Virus record (IMG/VR): IMGVR_UViG_3300005518_000017
Coordinates: 4,629-68,628 of that record
Strand: one strand, 5' to 3'
DNA length: 64,000 nt
DNA from: a virus
Position 1 is the first letter of the stretch, and the number at the start of each line of letters is the position of its first letter. This document shows, piece after piece, positions 47,810-57,480 of the stretch. The position numbers and the translations under genes are program-made. Under the pieces are notes generated by a model, which had not been told where the DNA came from, did not search any database, and was given only the letters and a program-made list of their open reading frames with translations.

Positions 47810-50800
47810 CGCCCGAAGAAATCGCTGAAGCGAATTCGCTAGAATCCGCTGCGCAACCCAAACCGTTAAATCCCATCAAGGATTTGTCGGCTCAGGAATT
47901 GGTTGACCTCACTACCAAAGACCCGGACAATTTCGATCTGGTATCAGAATTTCAGCGGAATAAGGACTTGTGGGCCGATTCTAACCTCGTCCAAAAAGTT
48001 GCAGACGCGCACAATCTGGTAAAACAGCGCGGTTTTCAATTCTCCGATCTGCCCGGTCCTAAAAAACTTCTAAAGTCTGGATTCGATGTAGTCAAGGGAT
48101 TTGGAAAACAGATTTGGAATTACGCCAATGCGGCGGGCGCGGCGGTCGCAGGTCAGTTAGTTCCCGGTTCTGAAGAAGAAATGAATCGCGAAGCACAGCG
48201 GCGCGTCGCTGAAAGTTTTTCTGGAACGGAATCTGCGGTCACTGGACTCGCAGAAATGGGAAAACGCGGGATAGAAAAAGCCGGGCGCGGGTTAGGAATT
48301 TCTAAGCCGCTTACGCAATTCACGCCGGAAGAAAAAGTTAAAGACCTTTTCGATGCTGTCGGAGCGGGCGAGACGCAAGAAGAAATTTTAAAAGGCCACG
48401 GCGGATTCATGCAACCCGTAGGTGGAGAAGTGATCAAAGAACTTGAGCAGAAGGGAATGCCGGTTCGTCCCGAAGAAACGCAAGCCTTAGCGGCTGGCGA
48501 TCCTTTTTCGTGGTATCTCTTCGGTAAGGCATTGCAACCAGTAGAAGCCGCTGGTAAAGCGGTCGCTGGCGCGCTACCGACGATCAAAGGCGCTAAGGGA
48601 TTGACCGGCGCGGTAGGTGAGAGTCTGGAACAGACCGGGAAAGCGATTCAACAATCTGGCCGCGCGGCGGAAGTGGTTCCTAAAGTCGCGACTCCTGTAT
48701 TGCCTGTCGCCGGTGCTGTTATCGGTGGGGCCAAATTTGGACCGGCTGGAATACTTGGTGGTCTCGCCGCCGGAAAACAAGCAGCGGGGGGTGTTGGTAA
48801 AGTCGCGGCACCAATTGCGGCGGGAGCTAAAAAATTAGGTTCGAGTTTAGAATCTCTCGGAAAACAAATCGCCGGGAGCGCGCCGATGAAATCGGCCTAC
48901 GCGCAAATTGGAAAAGATATTTTAGAGGCGACGCCCGGCGCTGTAGCTTCTACCGCGAAGGGCGCGGCTTTGGATATCGGGCTTGCTGCGGCAACTAGCG
49001 AAACTCCGCAAGAAACCGGCGGAGTGGGATTAGGAACCGCACTCGGCGCGCTCGGCGGCGCAGGGCGAATCGGAAAGCGAGTAATAAGCGGCCAGATTAT
49101 TGCACCTCGTGAATTCGGCGCGACTGCCGCTATTCCTTCTTCGGGACAATTTCCTACCTTGGACGCGATGCACCAATCAGCTTTCGCCGGTGCTGAGCCG
49201 GGAGTTAAGTTGCGTTTAAACGCGATTAGAGAATTTGTCAAAGGCGCTGCGCCGGGGACCGACGTTTTTTTAGCTAAAGATGCGCCTTCATTGGAATCGG
49301 CGCTTGTGCAATCCGGCGTTTCGCCAGAACAAGCCAAGCAATGGTCCCAGCAAGAAGGAATTTTCACGCGCGATTTACCATCCAAGGATGGAGCAACCCG
49401 CCGAGTAATCATCGCCAAAAATGTTGATTCCGCGCCTCACGAATCTTTTCACGCGATTCAAGACGTAATTGGCGAAGAGGGAAATAGACAGATTGACGAT
49501 CTGGTCAAAAAAGAATACGCTGACCAGTGGGACACCGAAGGTAATAGATATGCACATCGACTCGGAATTGATTTAAAAACCAACACATGGGAAGAGGGAA
49601 TCCTCGATAAGTCCGGCTGGGGAATCGACGCGGCCAAAGAAAAACTTATCCAGACCTATGGGACCCCTAAAGCGGCGGCTGATGTTTTGCAAATGGCCGT
49701 CGAGGGGGCAAAGGAGCGTAATCCGCAAGCGAGCGAGCAACAAATTTGGCGGGATATTTTAACGCCGGAGGAAGCCAAAGCAGAAGCAGACCGATACATC
49801 GCGCGCGAACTTGCCGCCGAAAACTTCGATGCCGTTTTCAAGCACGGAGGGCCAAGATTGGAGAATCAAACTCTTCCCGGACAATTAGCCCGGCTGGCCG
49901 CAAAAATAATGGTGGGACTTGGTATCGAACCCTTAGCCGGTCGCAAGACGGAAATTGGTCAGATCGAGCCAAAGTTTAGGGTTGCAGAATCCGTTCAACA
50001 GATCGGCAAGGTAACGCCGGGTGAGACGATTGTTCCCAAAACATCTTCGACACCAACCCCACCTACGGCCCCCCTTTCACCGGAAGGCGAAATACTGCGC
50101 AATTGGATCGCTAAGAATCCAATCACCGTCCCGGATCGTGCGCGCGCGGCTTCGGCTATCGCCGACGCTGCTGAACAAGGCAAGGCGGTTCAAGTTATCT
50201 ATTACGGCGCGAAGGGAGAGCCGGGAGGGTCAATAGAATCCGAAAGACCAGAACGCCGAGCCGAGATAGAATCTCAACGGGAAGCTGAGAACAAAGACCG
50301 CCCGCTAGTGAGAAAAACTTTCACCCCGGAGCGAGTAGAGATCACCGGTAAGGGTCCTCAGATAATCGGTTGGAGTCCTGACAACTTTTTCGCTAACGCA
50401 AACAAATTGGCGGAATGGGCTTCTAAAACCGGAGTCGCGTTACCGTATGAAATCGCAGACGGAAAATTTACTGATGCTGGATGGAACTCTCTGCAAGCTG
50501 ATCTGAAAACTTTCATGCAGAATCAGCGCGCCGGAGCTACAGGCTCAGGGGAAGCGTTGGTAGTCCCTAAAGAAACCCTCGCGCGCGGATTTACTCAGCC
50601 TAAAGCGGAAGGAACGCCGCAGGCGTTAGATCAAGCCCGCGCGGACATAATCAATTATCTTTTCGGGACCAAGATTCCTGAGACCACTAGCCGGGTCGCC
50701 CCCCTGCACATCGCGGGTCAGGAAATTTCGGCGGCAACGGCTCCGGGCCGAGTCGAAATACCGGTTCGTCCACGGGGCGAATATACCGAGGCGCAACTGC

Positions 50801-53800
50801 TTAAAGCCGGTATTGTAGAGCCGAAAGGTGTGCGCGAGGTAAATCCTTTTCGCCAGCAAATAGAAAACACGGCGAAGCAAACCGGCGTTCCGGTTCCAGA
50901 ATTGATTGAAGTAAGCCAAAGACTGAATCTCAACCGAATTGCGGATGCGTCGGTCGCTCCCGAAGTTCAACCAATACGGGCGAATACTTTGACCCTTGCC
51001 GCCGGTTTTCAACCGCGAGAATGGCGAGTGCAAGGCGTGCGTAACGGGACTAAGGACGAGCAGACCTTTAAAGCAGATACCGAAAACGAAGCGCGACAAA
51101 TGGCTTTGGCAAACGGATTGCGGCCAACTTCAGTATCAGCGGCAGGAGAGAACGCGGCGCTGGCGTCTGGTATGTTTCAACCCCCAAAATTGTCTAAAGA
51201 ACCAGAAGCAATCAAGATAGCCGCAGTTCGGTTTCCGAACGGAAAAATTTATACCGCCGATGAAAGCCTAACGCATGGCGGGGCGCTCCGAAAAGCTTTC
51301 AATGCTGGAGAACCTCGCACTGAAGGATATGATGTTGGATTCACCACTAATGCGGGTGAATTTTTAAGCCGAAAAGCTGCTTTTAAGCGGGCAAAAGAAT
51401 TCGGACAAATCACCGGCGAAGAATACACCCCCCGGCCCGGAGAACTAGAGTCTGTAATGTTTGAGGGCGCAAAAGCCGGTCCCGCTATCAGAATGGAATC
51501 TCAATTTCAACCAAAGACCGCTCAAGAAATTGAGCAGATGTCTTCGGAAGATTTTCAAAAATGGACGCAAACTCTCCCCGGCGGATTTACGAAATTCGCC
51601 TACGATTTAGGGCAAGGTGCGGCTGATAAGGGGCCGGAGGAAGTCGCCAAGCTGCGCGATAGTTATTCTGCGCTTCAAGATCAAGCCGCGAAACTATTAC
51701 AGACCGATGTTCAAACCGCAATGACTACTTCGTTCAAGGCCCAACTTTTTCGTGAAGCTTGGGAAGCGGCAACCGGACTGGGTTCGGGCGGCGAAATGAT
51801 GCGCACTCTGCGAGCCAAATCACAAGCGCAACCGGCGAAAGAAGATTTCAAATTTCCCGAAAGGTCAGCTTCCGGCTTTAAAAAAGCATGGATTTTACCG
51901 GACGGAACGCCTGTGCAGCTTGGCGGTAAGTGGCATCACCAGTGGCTCGCAGAAAATAAAGACGTAATCGGATTAGACGTTCCGCCGTTCGAGGGAACTG
52001 ATACTGCGGGGGTGCGAGAAAAAGCTTTGCAAAAAGGATTCGTGCGAGTCAATTATACAGTCCGCAGCGGTTCTATGAATGTTGAAGCGCGCGCCGCCGA
52101 TTGGCCGAATCAGAAAGAGGCGATTCGCAGCATGGTAGAAGCCAATGCGCCGGACCTTGACAATATCCACATTTCTCTAACCAATGAAGCTGGTGATAAA
52201 GTAATTAGGTCCGAAAGTGCTAAGCTTTTTGAACTTGACGACGCGGATAAAATGAGCCGTATTCCTTTAATGGAAAATGCCGAAATTACGCCGCGAAAAG
52301 AACTGGGACCCGCTGTGGAACCAGAAGCCCTTCGCCCTCCGCCGGTCGAAGAGCCGAGCGCCGTGAAAGGCAAGGCCAAATCTATCGAAGAAACGCTCAA
52401 AAATCAAGCGCAACCTGAATTGTTTTCTGACCCCGAATTTGAATCCCGGTTAGACGAAGTTCGTAATGGTTCGCGCGCGGGAGAAACTTTCACTCCGGGC
52501 GGTAATAGTTGGCGCACGGGCGGAAAAGATTATGATATCGTGACGCTCGCGAGTGTCAATGTCCCAAAGAAAGAATTAACCGCAGACCGAGTTCGGACGG
52601 AATTGGCCCCCTATTCAGAACTGTTGAAAACTCCCGGCGTTGTTGCTGGCGTTTTTTCGTTCGAGAAAGACGGAAAGCCAATGGTTTCTATCGATCTGAA
52701 CGCCGCCGTGCCGCAGGAGCACCGTGAAAATTCTGTAAATTTTGCCAAAGCCAACAATCAAATTTCCATCTGGGACGCCTCGGCAGCGGAGGAAGTCAAA
52801 ACCGGCGGCACCGGCGAAACGACGCTCAAGACGCCGGAGCAAATCAACAAAATTTTGAAGCCACTGCTAGCGGGCGAGCCGGTAGATATCGAGACTGCTA
52901 TAAAAAGTCAGGCGCAGCCTAAAGCGCAGGAAGATTTATTCGGCACCGAGGGTGAGCAACACAAACGCCCCTTGTCTTCTTCGGAACTGGGGGGCATGAC
53001 TAATCAACAAATCAAAGAATATTACCCGGAATCGGTAATACCAAAATCACGAGAGGATCGAATTCAGTCCAAAATTACTGAGTCCCCGCTCTATAAAAAA
53101 GCGGGCGATGAGGACGCCGCAGTCAATGCGTTCGCTGATAAGCTGGTAGAATTCGCTCACTCGCGAGAAAACGATCCCGCTTTCAAAGACGGGATGGAGT
53201 GGTATTCCGACTTCACCACCAAATTCAAAAAAGAATTCGGAAAAGATTCTCAATTGATGGCTGAGATGTTAGCCGCAACCAGCCCGCAGACCGACGTGTC
53301 AATGAATTTTCGCTACGCATTCGAGGCAGTCGAATCCATGAAAGCCGGGCGGTTCGACAAAATCATTTCTAAATTCAATGAAGGTCTGGGGATGATGGAA
53401 GACGGCTCGTGGGAGAAATGGATAAACAAAGAAATCAAAGCCGGGCGGGTTCCCGATCCACCCGCCAAATTGACTCCGGCTACCTTCATGGCGCATTGGG
53501 TGATGACGCATAATCTCAAGCCAATCCGGCCCAACGGTAAACTTTTTGGACTTCATTCAACCAATGTGCTTCGCGTCTTCGCTCGCCGATGGCTGGATAT
53601 GAGTGTCGGACCCAAGACGAAGAACTTTGTGGCGAATCTGTTGGGTGATAGCCACGAAGCGACTATCGACTTGTGGGCAGACCGGACAATGCGCCGAATT
53701 GGATATTCTGATTTTCAAGAGCGTTGGCGTATTCTACCAAAAAATTTACATCCGGTCAGCGACAAAGATTTTGCTTTTTCTCAGAAGGCTTTTCGTGCTG

Positions 53801-54021
53801 CCGCTGAGAAGTATGGTGTCAAGCCGGATGCACTTCAGGGCGCGCTGTGGTTCGCCGAAAAATCTCTGTGGGCTGAAAAGGGTTGGAGCGCGTTAGACTA
53901 CGGCGATTTCCGTAAAGAGATGGAAAAAATCCCAGCCTTGCGCAAGGCTATGCAGTCTCAAACTGACGAGACGCCGCCCGCAATCACACCCGATTTAATC
54001 ACGGCAAGAAAGAAAAAGTAA
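47800..54021 (+). CDS. 2073-aa large polyvalent ejection protein (zincin metallopeptidase plus multiple modules)
   Basis: Gly/Ala-rich membrane-like N-region; HESFH...E; six [F/A]QP linkers; C-terminal WY..AATSPQ..N..GPK..F..NL.G..TID.W..R..Q..LW domain. Confidence 0.85.
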   Translation: MPLTPEEIAEANSLESAAQPKPLNPIKDLSAQELVDLTTKDPDNFDLVSEFQRNKDLWADSNLVQKVADAHNLVKQRGFQFSDLPGPKKLLKSGFDVVKGFGKQIWNYANAAGAAVAGQLVPGSEEEMNREAQRRVAESFSGTESAVTGLAEMGKRGIEKAGRGLGISKPLTQFTPEEKVKDLFDAVGAGETQEEILKGHGGFMQPVGGEVIKELEQKGMPVRPEETQALAAGDPFSWYLFGKALQPVEAAGKAVAGALPTIKGAKGLTGAVGESLEQTGKAIQQSGRAAEVVPKVATPVLPVAGAVIGGAKFGPAGILGGLAAGKQAAGGVGKVAAPIAAGAKKLGSSLESLGKQIAGSAPMKSAYAQIGKDILEATPGAVASTAKGAALDIGLAAATSETPQETGGVGLGTALGALGGAGRIGKRVISGQIIAPREFGATAAIPSSGQFPTLDAMHQSAFAGAEPGVKLRLNAIREFVKGAAPGTDVFLAKDAPSLESALVQSGVSPEQAKQWSQQEGIFTRDLPSKDGATRRVIIAKNVDSAPHESFHAIQDVIGEEGNRQIDDLVKKEYADQWDTEGNRYAHRLGIDLKTNTWEEGILDKSGWGIDAAKEKLIQTYGTPKAAADVLQMAVEGAKERNPQASEQQIWRDILTPEEAKAEADRYIARELAAENFDAVFKHGGPRLENQTLPGQLARLAAKIMVGLGIEPLAGRKTEIGQIEPKFRVAESVQQIGKVTPGETIVPKTSSTPTPPTAPLSPEGEILRNWIAKNPITVPDRARAASAIADAAEQGKAVQVIYYGAKGEPGGSIESERPERRAEIESQREAENKDRPLVRKTFTPERVEITGKGPQIIGWSPDNFFANANKLAEWASKTGVALPYEIADGKFTDAGWNSLQADLKTFMQNQRAGATGSGEALVVPKETLARGFTQPKAEGTPQALDQARADIINYLFGTKIPETTSRVAPLHIAGQEISAATAPGRVEIPVRPRGEYTEAQLLKAGIVEPKGVREVNPFRQQIENTAKQTGVPVPELIEVSQRLNLNRIADASVAPEVQPIRANTLTLAAGFQPREWRVQGVRNGTKDEQTFKADTENEARQMALANGLRPTSVSAAGENAALASGMFQPPKLSKEPEAIKIAAVRFPNGKIYTADESLTHGGALRKAFNAGEPRTEGYDVGFTTNAGEFLSRKAAFKRAKEFGQITGEEYTPRPGELESVMFEGAKAGPAIRMESQFQPKTAQEIEQMSSEDFQKWTQTLPGGFTKFAYDLGQGAADKGPEEVAKLRDSYSALQDQAAKLLQTDVQTAMTTSFKAQLFREAWEAATGLGSGGEMMRTLRAKSQAQPAKEDFKFPERSASGFKKAWILPDGTPVQLGGKWHHQWLAENKDVIGLDVPPFEGTDTAGVREKALQKGFVRVNYTVRSGSMNVEARAADWPNQKEAIRSMVEANAPDLDNIHISLTNEAGDKVIRSESAKLFELDDADKMSRIPLMENAEITPRKELGPAVEPEALRPPPVEEPSAVKGKAKSIEETLKNQAQPELFSDPEFESRLDEVRNGSRAGETFTPGGNSWRTGGKDYDIVTLASVNVPKKELTADRVRTELAPYSELLKTPGVVAGVFSFEKDGKPMVSIDLNAAVPQEHRENSVNFAKANNQISIWDASAAEEVKTGGTGETTLKTPEQINKILKPLLAGEPVDIETAIKSQAQPKAQEDLFGTEGEQHKRPLSSSELGGMTNQQIKEYYPESVIPKSREDRIQSKITESPLYKKAGDEDAAVNAFADKLVEFAHSRENDPAFKDGMEWYSDFTTKFKKEFGKDSQLMAEMLAATSPQTDVSMNFRYAFEAVESMKAGRFDKIISKFNEGLGMMEDGSWEKWINKEIKAGRVPDPPAKLTPATFMAHWVMTHNLKPIRPNGKLFGLHSTNVLRVFARRWLDMSVGPKTKNFVANLLGDSHEATIDLWADRTMRRIGYSDFQERWRILPKNLHPVSDKDFAFSQKAFRAAAEKYGVKPDALQGALWFAEKSLWAEKGWSALDYGDFRKEMEKIPALRKAMQSQTDETPPAITPDLITARKKK

Positions 54022-54022
54022 A

Positions 54023-54187
54023 ATGAACACCAAAATTGAACTGACAAAAAAAGAAAAAGAACAATTCGTTGCGGGCGCGCGCATCGCGGAAGCTATACCC
54101 GGCGAACAACAATTCTGGCGGGAAGTCGAAACCCGGCTCGATAAATACGTCCCGGAAGTTGCGCCCCGGCCCGGAAAACAGCACTAA
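54023..54187 (+). CDS. 54-aa hypothetical protein (not in ORF track)
   Basis: MNTKIELTKKEKEQF...; fills the gap between two genes. Confidence 0.5.
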   Translation: MNTKIELTKKEKEQFVAGARIAEAIPGEQQFWREVETRLDKYVPEVAPRPGKQH

Positions 54188-54193
54188 AGAACT

Positions 54194-54841
54194 ATGGACC
54201 AAGCTATTGTTGAACCTTCACCTACCGCCGACGCCGTTGCTGAGGTAACCCCCACCGCCCCGCAAGCAAAAGGAACAACTGCACCGGCGCTCTCCGATGA
54301 ACTTTTACAAATCCCCGCGCTTCAGGCAGTTTTTGCCGGTCAGCCCGCCGCCGTGTCGGCTTCATTGAAGGACTTTCAGGCGCGGCCCGAAGGAAAACTC
54401 ATTGCTGAGCACAAGGACGAACTAATGAAAGCCGGAATGGGGCTGTATCGCTCGCTGAACGGCGATCTAGGCGTGATCTTCAATCTACTGCACATTCACC
54501 CGGAGCAGCTAAAAGCTGCCGATAAAGCCGGGCAGTTGCTTCAGGTAGCCCCCTCATTTGACGATGTAAATGCCCAAGTGGCGTCTTCGGGGGCTGATCA
54601 TCCTGTGCTCAAGGCTCAGGGGGTGCCAAATGGCCCCGCCGCTGCCCCGCTGGCGAGTCCGCCGCAGGCAACCTCTGGTATGGTGGCTCCCCCATCGACT
54701 TCCGTGGCCCCTGCTGCCTCTGGCGCGCAAAGACTGGCAGAATCAGCGAAGATCAAAGCTTTGACTACGGATAAGCCTACGGCTGGCTCTAGGGCTGGCG
54801 CTGGGGCGCTTCTGCGCTCCATCCTGAAGCCAGTGGTTTGA
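54194..54841 (+). CDS. hypothetical late protein
   Basis: Ala/Pro-rich; preceded by the GCACTA promoter motif. Confidence 0.65.
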   Translation: MDQAIVEPSPTADAVAEVTPTAPQAKGTTAPALSDELLQIPALQAVFAGQPAAVSASLKDFQARPEGKLIAEHKDELMKAGMGLYRSLNGDLGVIFNLLHIHPEQLKAADKAGQLLQVAPSFDDVNAQVASSGADHPVLKAQGVPNGPAAAPLASPPQATSGMVAPPSTSVAPAASGAQRLAESAKIKALTTDKPTAGSRAGAGALLRSILKPVV

Positions 54842-54958
54842 CCTGAGAATTCCGGGTGTCCTACCCCGGATAGCTAGCTTTACGGTATCCTTCTCCCGAA
54901 GACTGATTGTGCGGATCGTTCAGTGAGGCTAGCATCCCCGCACGGTGCTATTCTCAGA

Positions 54959-55183
54959 TCAAAGTTTTGTAGGTGCCGGTTGGACCGTCTGACTTGCAGG
55001 GCCATTCGCCCCCGCATCCCGCGCAGCATTCGATTTCCTTCTTCGGCCACTGCCGGTATTTGCGAAAATAATCTTTGATGTTTTCGGATAGCGTCCGGCA
55101 TACCATTTGAATTGAGACACCCGCTCAAAATCCGCGTCATCCACAATTGCGAATTGCCCTTGAGTTAACGTAATTGTCTTCAC
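54959..55183 (-). pseudogene. truncated HNH-AP2 endonuclease remnant
   Basis: KTITLTQGQFAIVDDADFERVSQFKWYA matches the N-termini of the other HNH genes, then similarity ends; no HNH motif. Confidence 0.7.
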
Positions 55184-56415
55184 TGCAACGAAAAATTCCC
55201 CGGAATGGAATACGGGGCCGGTCCCATTGCATCCGCGAATTTGAGATTGAGAGAATAACACGCGGCTCGTCCGTGTTTGGGGTGGACGAAGAAAAACTTT
55301 TGCATTGGATCGCAGGCGGTGAAATTTTCCATCGTGCCATATTCATCTACTCCGATAAAACCCCCATTGACTAGGATTTCGCCTCCCGCGTGCGGAAGCT
55401 CCATTGGACGGTGCAGATGTCCCAATAGATAGTAATTGATCCCCGGTTTTTGCGCTTTAAGCCGAAGCTGTGCTGCCGCACTAATATTCCGGCCTATGGC
55501 GTGCGCCGGAATGCCAAGTGCTTTGTCTCCACCCCGCAAATGATCGCCATGCGCGGCGAGAAATCGCCAGTTGTATACGCCGAATTCCGCGAACGGTTGC
55601 TGGTTTAGATGAAACTTAATCCGGGGTTGTTCTACGAGCAGAGCTTCGATATAGGCGTATAAGAAAAAATCAAGGTTGGAAAATCTATTCTTGGTCGGCA
55701 TCTTTTTTTGAGTTCCCCAGCGTGGATGATTACCCACACAGGTATGAACTCTTATTGAAGGGACCATCGTTGACAGATTACGAAGAAACTGCGCAATAGC
55801 GTGCCCGGCCCCGTAGAATTGATTAAATAGCGGATTGACCTGCCCACATTCAGCCGAGTGTTGCAACGCCCCGTCAATACAATCTCCTAGTAACGGAACG
55901 ACTAATTCTTCCACCGCCGTCGAGGTATGATCAGTGAGGATCGAAGCCACTGAGTTTTCCAATCGCTTCAGCCGACGCCGAAAAATATCGAAGTTATACC
56001 CGCCAAAGTCCAGAGTTTGTTCCGGGCGCACTAGCGCGCCGACGTGAGTGTCGGAGAGCATGAGCATCGCCGTTTGCGGACTGCTCTCGCCCCGCTTGTG
56101 CTGAATTTCGATGAAGGGTGCTGGAGCGTAGGCCACGGGTGCGAGTTCCCGCACCTGTTCGACGAGGATTCCGGTAGCCGTTTCTTGCTTTGTCGAATCG
56201 TCGATTCGCCGCTGTAGCTGGGTGGCTTTGTCTTTCCAATATTCGATCCCAGCGCGCTCCTGCGGAGTTTGTTCAACAACCGGTATCCGTTCCAGTTGGA
56301 CTTGGACCGCCTTGATCGTCCTCCCCAGAATCTCGGCCATTTCTCTCGCCGAGGCTCCCGTCGATTTTAGTGTTTGTAGTTGAGTCAATTCCGCCGGTGT
56401 CCAAGTTTTTCTCAT
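55180..56415 (-). CDS. calcineurin-like metallophosphoesterase/nuclease with N-terminal HTH
   Basis: LSDTHVG, LGDCIDG, GNH, HGD, GHLH. Confidence 0.88.
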   Translation of the reverse strand: MRKTWTPAELTQLQTLKSTGASAREMAEILGRTIKAVQVQLERIPVVEQTPQERAGIEYWKDKATQLQRRIDDSTKQETATGILVEQVRELAPVAYAPAPFIEIQHKRGESSPQTAMLMLSDTHVGALVRPEQTLDFGGYNFDIFRRRLKRLENSVASILTDHTSTAVEELVVPLLGDCIDGALQHSAECGQVNPLFNQFYGAGHAIAQFLRNLSTMVPSIRVHTCVGNHPRWGTQKKMPTKNRFSNLDFFLYAYIEALLVEQPRIKFHLNQQPFAEFGVYNWRFLAAHGDHLRGGDKALGIPAHAIGRNISAAAQLRLKAQKPGINYYLLGHLHRPMELPHAGGEILVNGGFIGVDEYGTMENFTACDPMQKFFFVHPKHGRAACYSLNLKFADAMGPAPYSIPGNFSLQ

Positions 56416-56926
56416 TTTGTTGTGATTCGTTGTTTTGTTTTTCTTGAATCCATTTCATTAAGTGCTCCGGGACTTGCCCCTCGAAAACCATGTCGAAAGC
56501 TTTAACCGCCGCCGCCGGATTTTCGCCCAGTCCTAAGATCGCATTCCCAAGATCGTTGATATCACCCAAGAAAGCGATCCACATTCCGTCGCTCAATTGC
56601 GCCAGCTTGGGTTTAAATCGCATGTGCGGGGCCGCAGCCATTTCATTCGCCCGGCGAATCGCCACATGGGCTTCAATAAGTGACGCCTCCAAGGAATTCT
56701 GAGAATCCAATGACCACCGTTGCTTGTCCCCGATTATATCTCCAATTCGATTACAGATTTCTACGAGAGTCGTTTCGATTGCCATGCGCGCGCCGCCGTC
56801 CGTGATTCCGCTGCCGTCTGTGTATGTCATGGAAACAAACATGCCGTGCATCGTCGCCGCCGCGCCCAAAAGCGAAGAAAGTTGAGTATGGGTCACGGCG
56901 TCTCGATGGACTACTTGTTGTTTCAT
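56273..56926 (-). CDS. hypothetical protein
   Basis: Co-oriented ORF; C-terminal W.A..G....G.G.NP..A..AFD (HicB-like) pattern. Confidence 0.55.
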   Translation of the reverse strand: MKQQVVHRDAVTHTQLSSLLGAAATMHGMFVSMTYTDGSGITDGGARMAIETTLVEICNRIGDIIGDKQRWSLDSQNSLEASLIEAHVAIRRANEMAAAPHMRFKPKLAQLSDGMWIAFLGDINDLGNAILGLGENPAAAVKAFDMVFEGQVPEHLMKWIQEKQNNESQQNEKNLDTGGIDSTTNTKIDGSLGERNGRDSGEDDQGGPSPTGTDTGC

Positions 56927-57477
56927 ACAATCGCGCGCGAAAGATTTTTAAGCCCCCACCGATGCAACCACACTGCATCAACGGTATTGTCATCGATTTG
57001 ATGCACCGTAGTCGTAAATCCCGATTGGACGTGTGTATAATATATTTTGCTGGGGTCTGCTCCAATAGAAAATCGAGAATCTAAATTGGCTAAGGCGAGC
57101 GCCATGTGATTTTTTTTAGCGGCCCCGCTTCCGGTAGCGAATTTTTTCAACGTTCCAACAGGCACGCATTCCAACAGTATTCCACAACCGCCGTAAGCCA
57201 GCCAAACTGCGGCCCGAAGACTGCTCCAAAGTTGAACTTGGAGAGTGTAGCTAGAAAATTGAACGTCCTCAAAAACTACCGCATCGAAAGGATGCGCAAC
57301 GTTGAGTTTTTTATACAGGGCTAAAACGCGCGGGTCGCAGCGTCGGTCTAGCCGCTTCGTTCTCGCTATCGCAAGTTCTTTATCTGTTGCCAACGTCCAT
57401 GTGCCGCATGAAAAATTGCTTCCAACATTGTAGGCATAGCCCGTTTTGCTCCCAAGGTCGAGTGCGAGTATGTCCAT
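56923..57477 (-). CDS. RuvC-like Holliday junction resolvase
   Basis: ILALDLG..TG, VVFE, TLKKFATGSG.A.K, DDN.VDA. Confidence 0.88.
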   Translation of the reverse strand: MDILALDLGSKTGYAYNVGSNFSCGTWTLATDKELAIARTKRLDRRCDPRVLALYKKLNVAHPFDAVVFEDVQFSSYTLQVQLWSSLRAAVWLAYGGCGILLECVPVGTLKKFATGSGAAKKNHMALALANLDSRFSIGADPSKIYYTHVQSGFTTTVHQIDDNTVDAVWLHRWGLKNLSRAIV

Positions 57478-57480
57478 ACA

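Noticed and set aside
19681-53896. Numerous antisense and alternate-frame ORFs overlapping structural genes (for example 20401..21006, 31618..32277, 48897..49418)
   Set aside because: Shadow ORFs of well-supported genes, with no motifs or independent expression signals.
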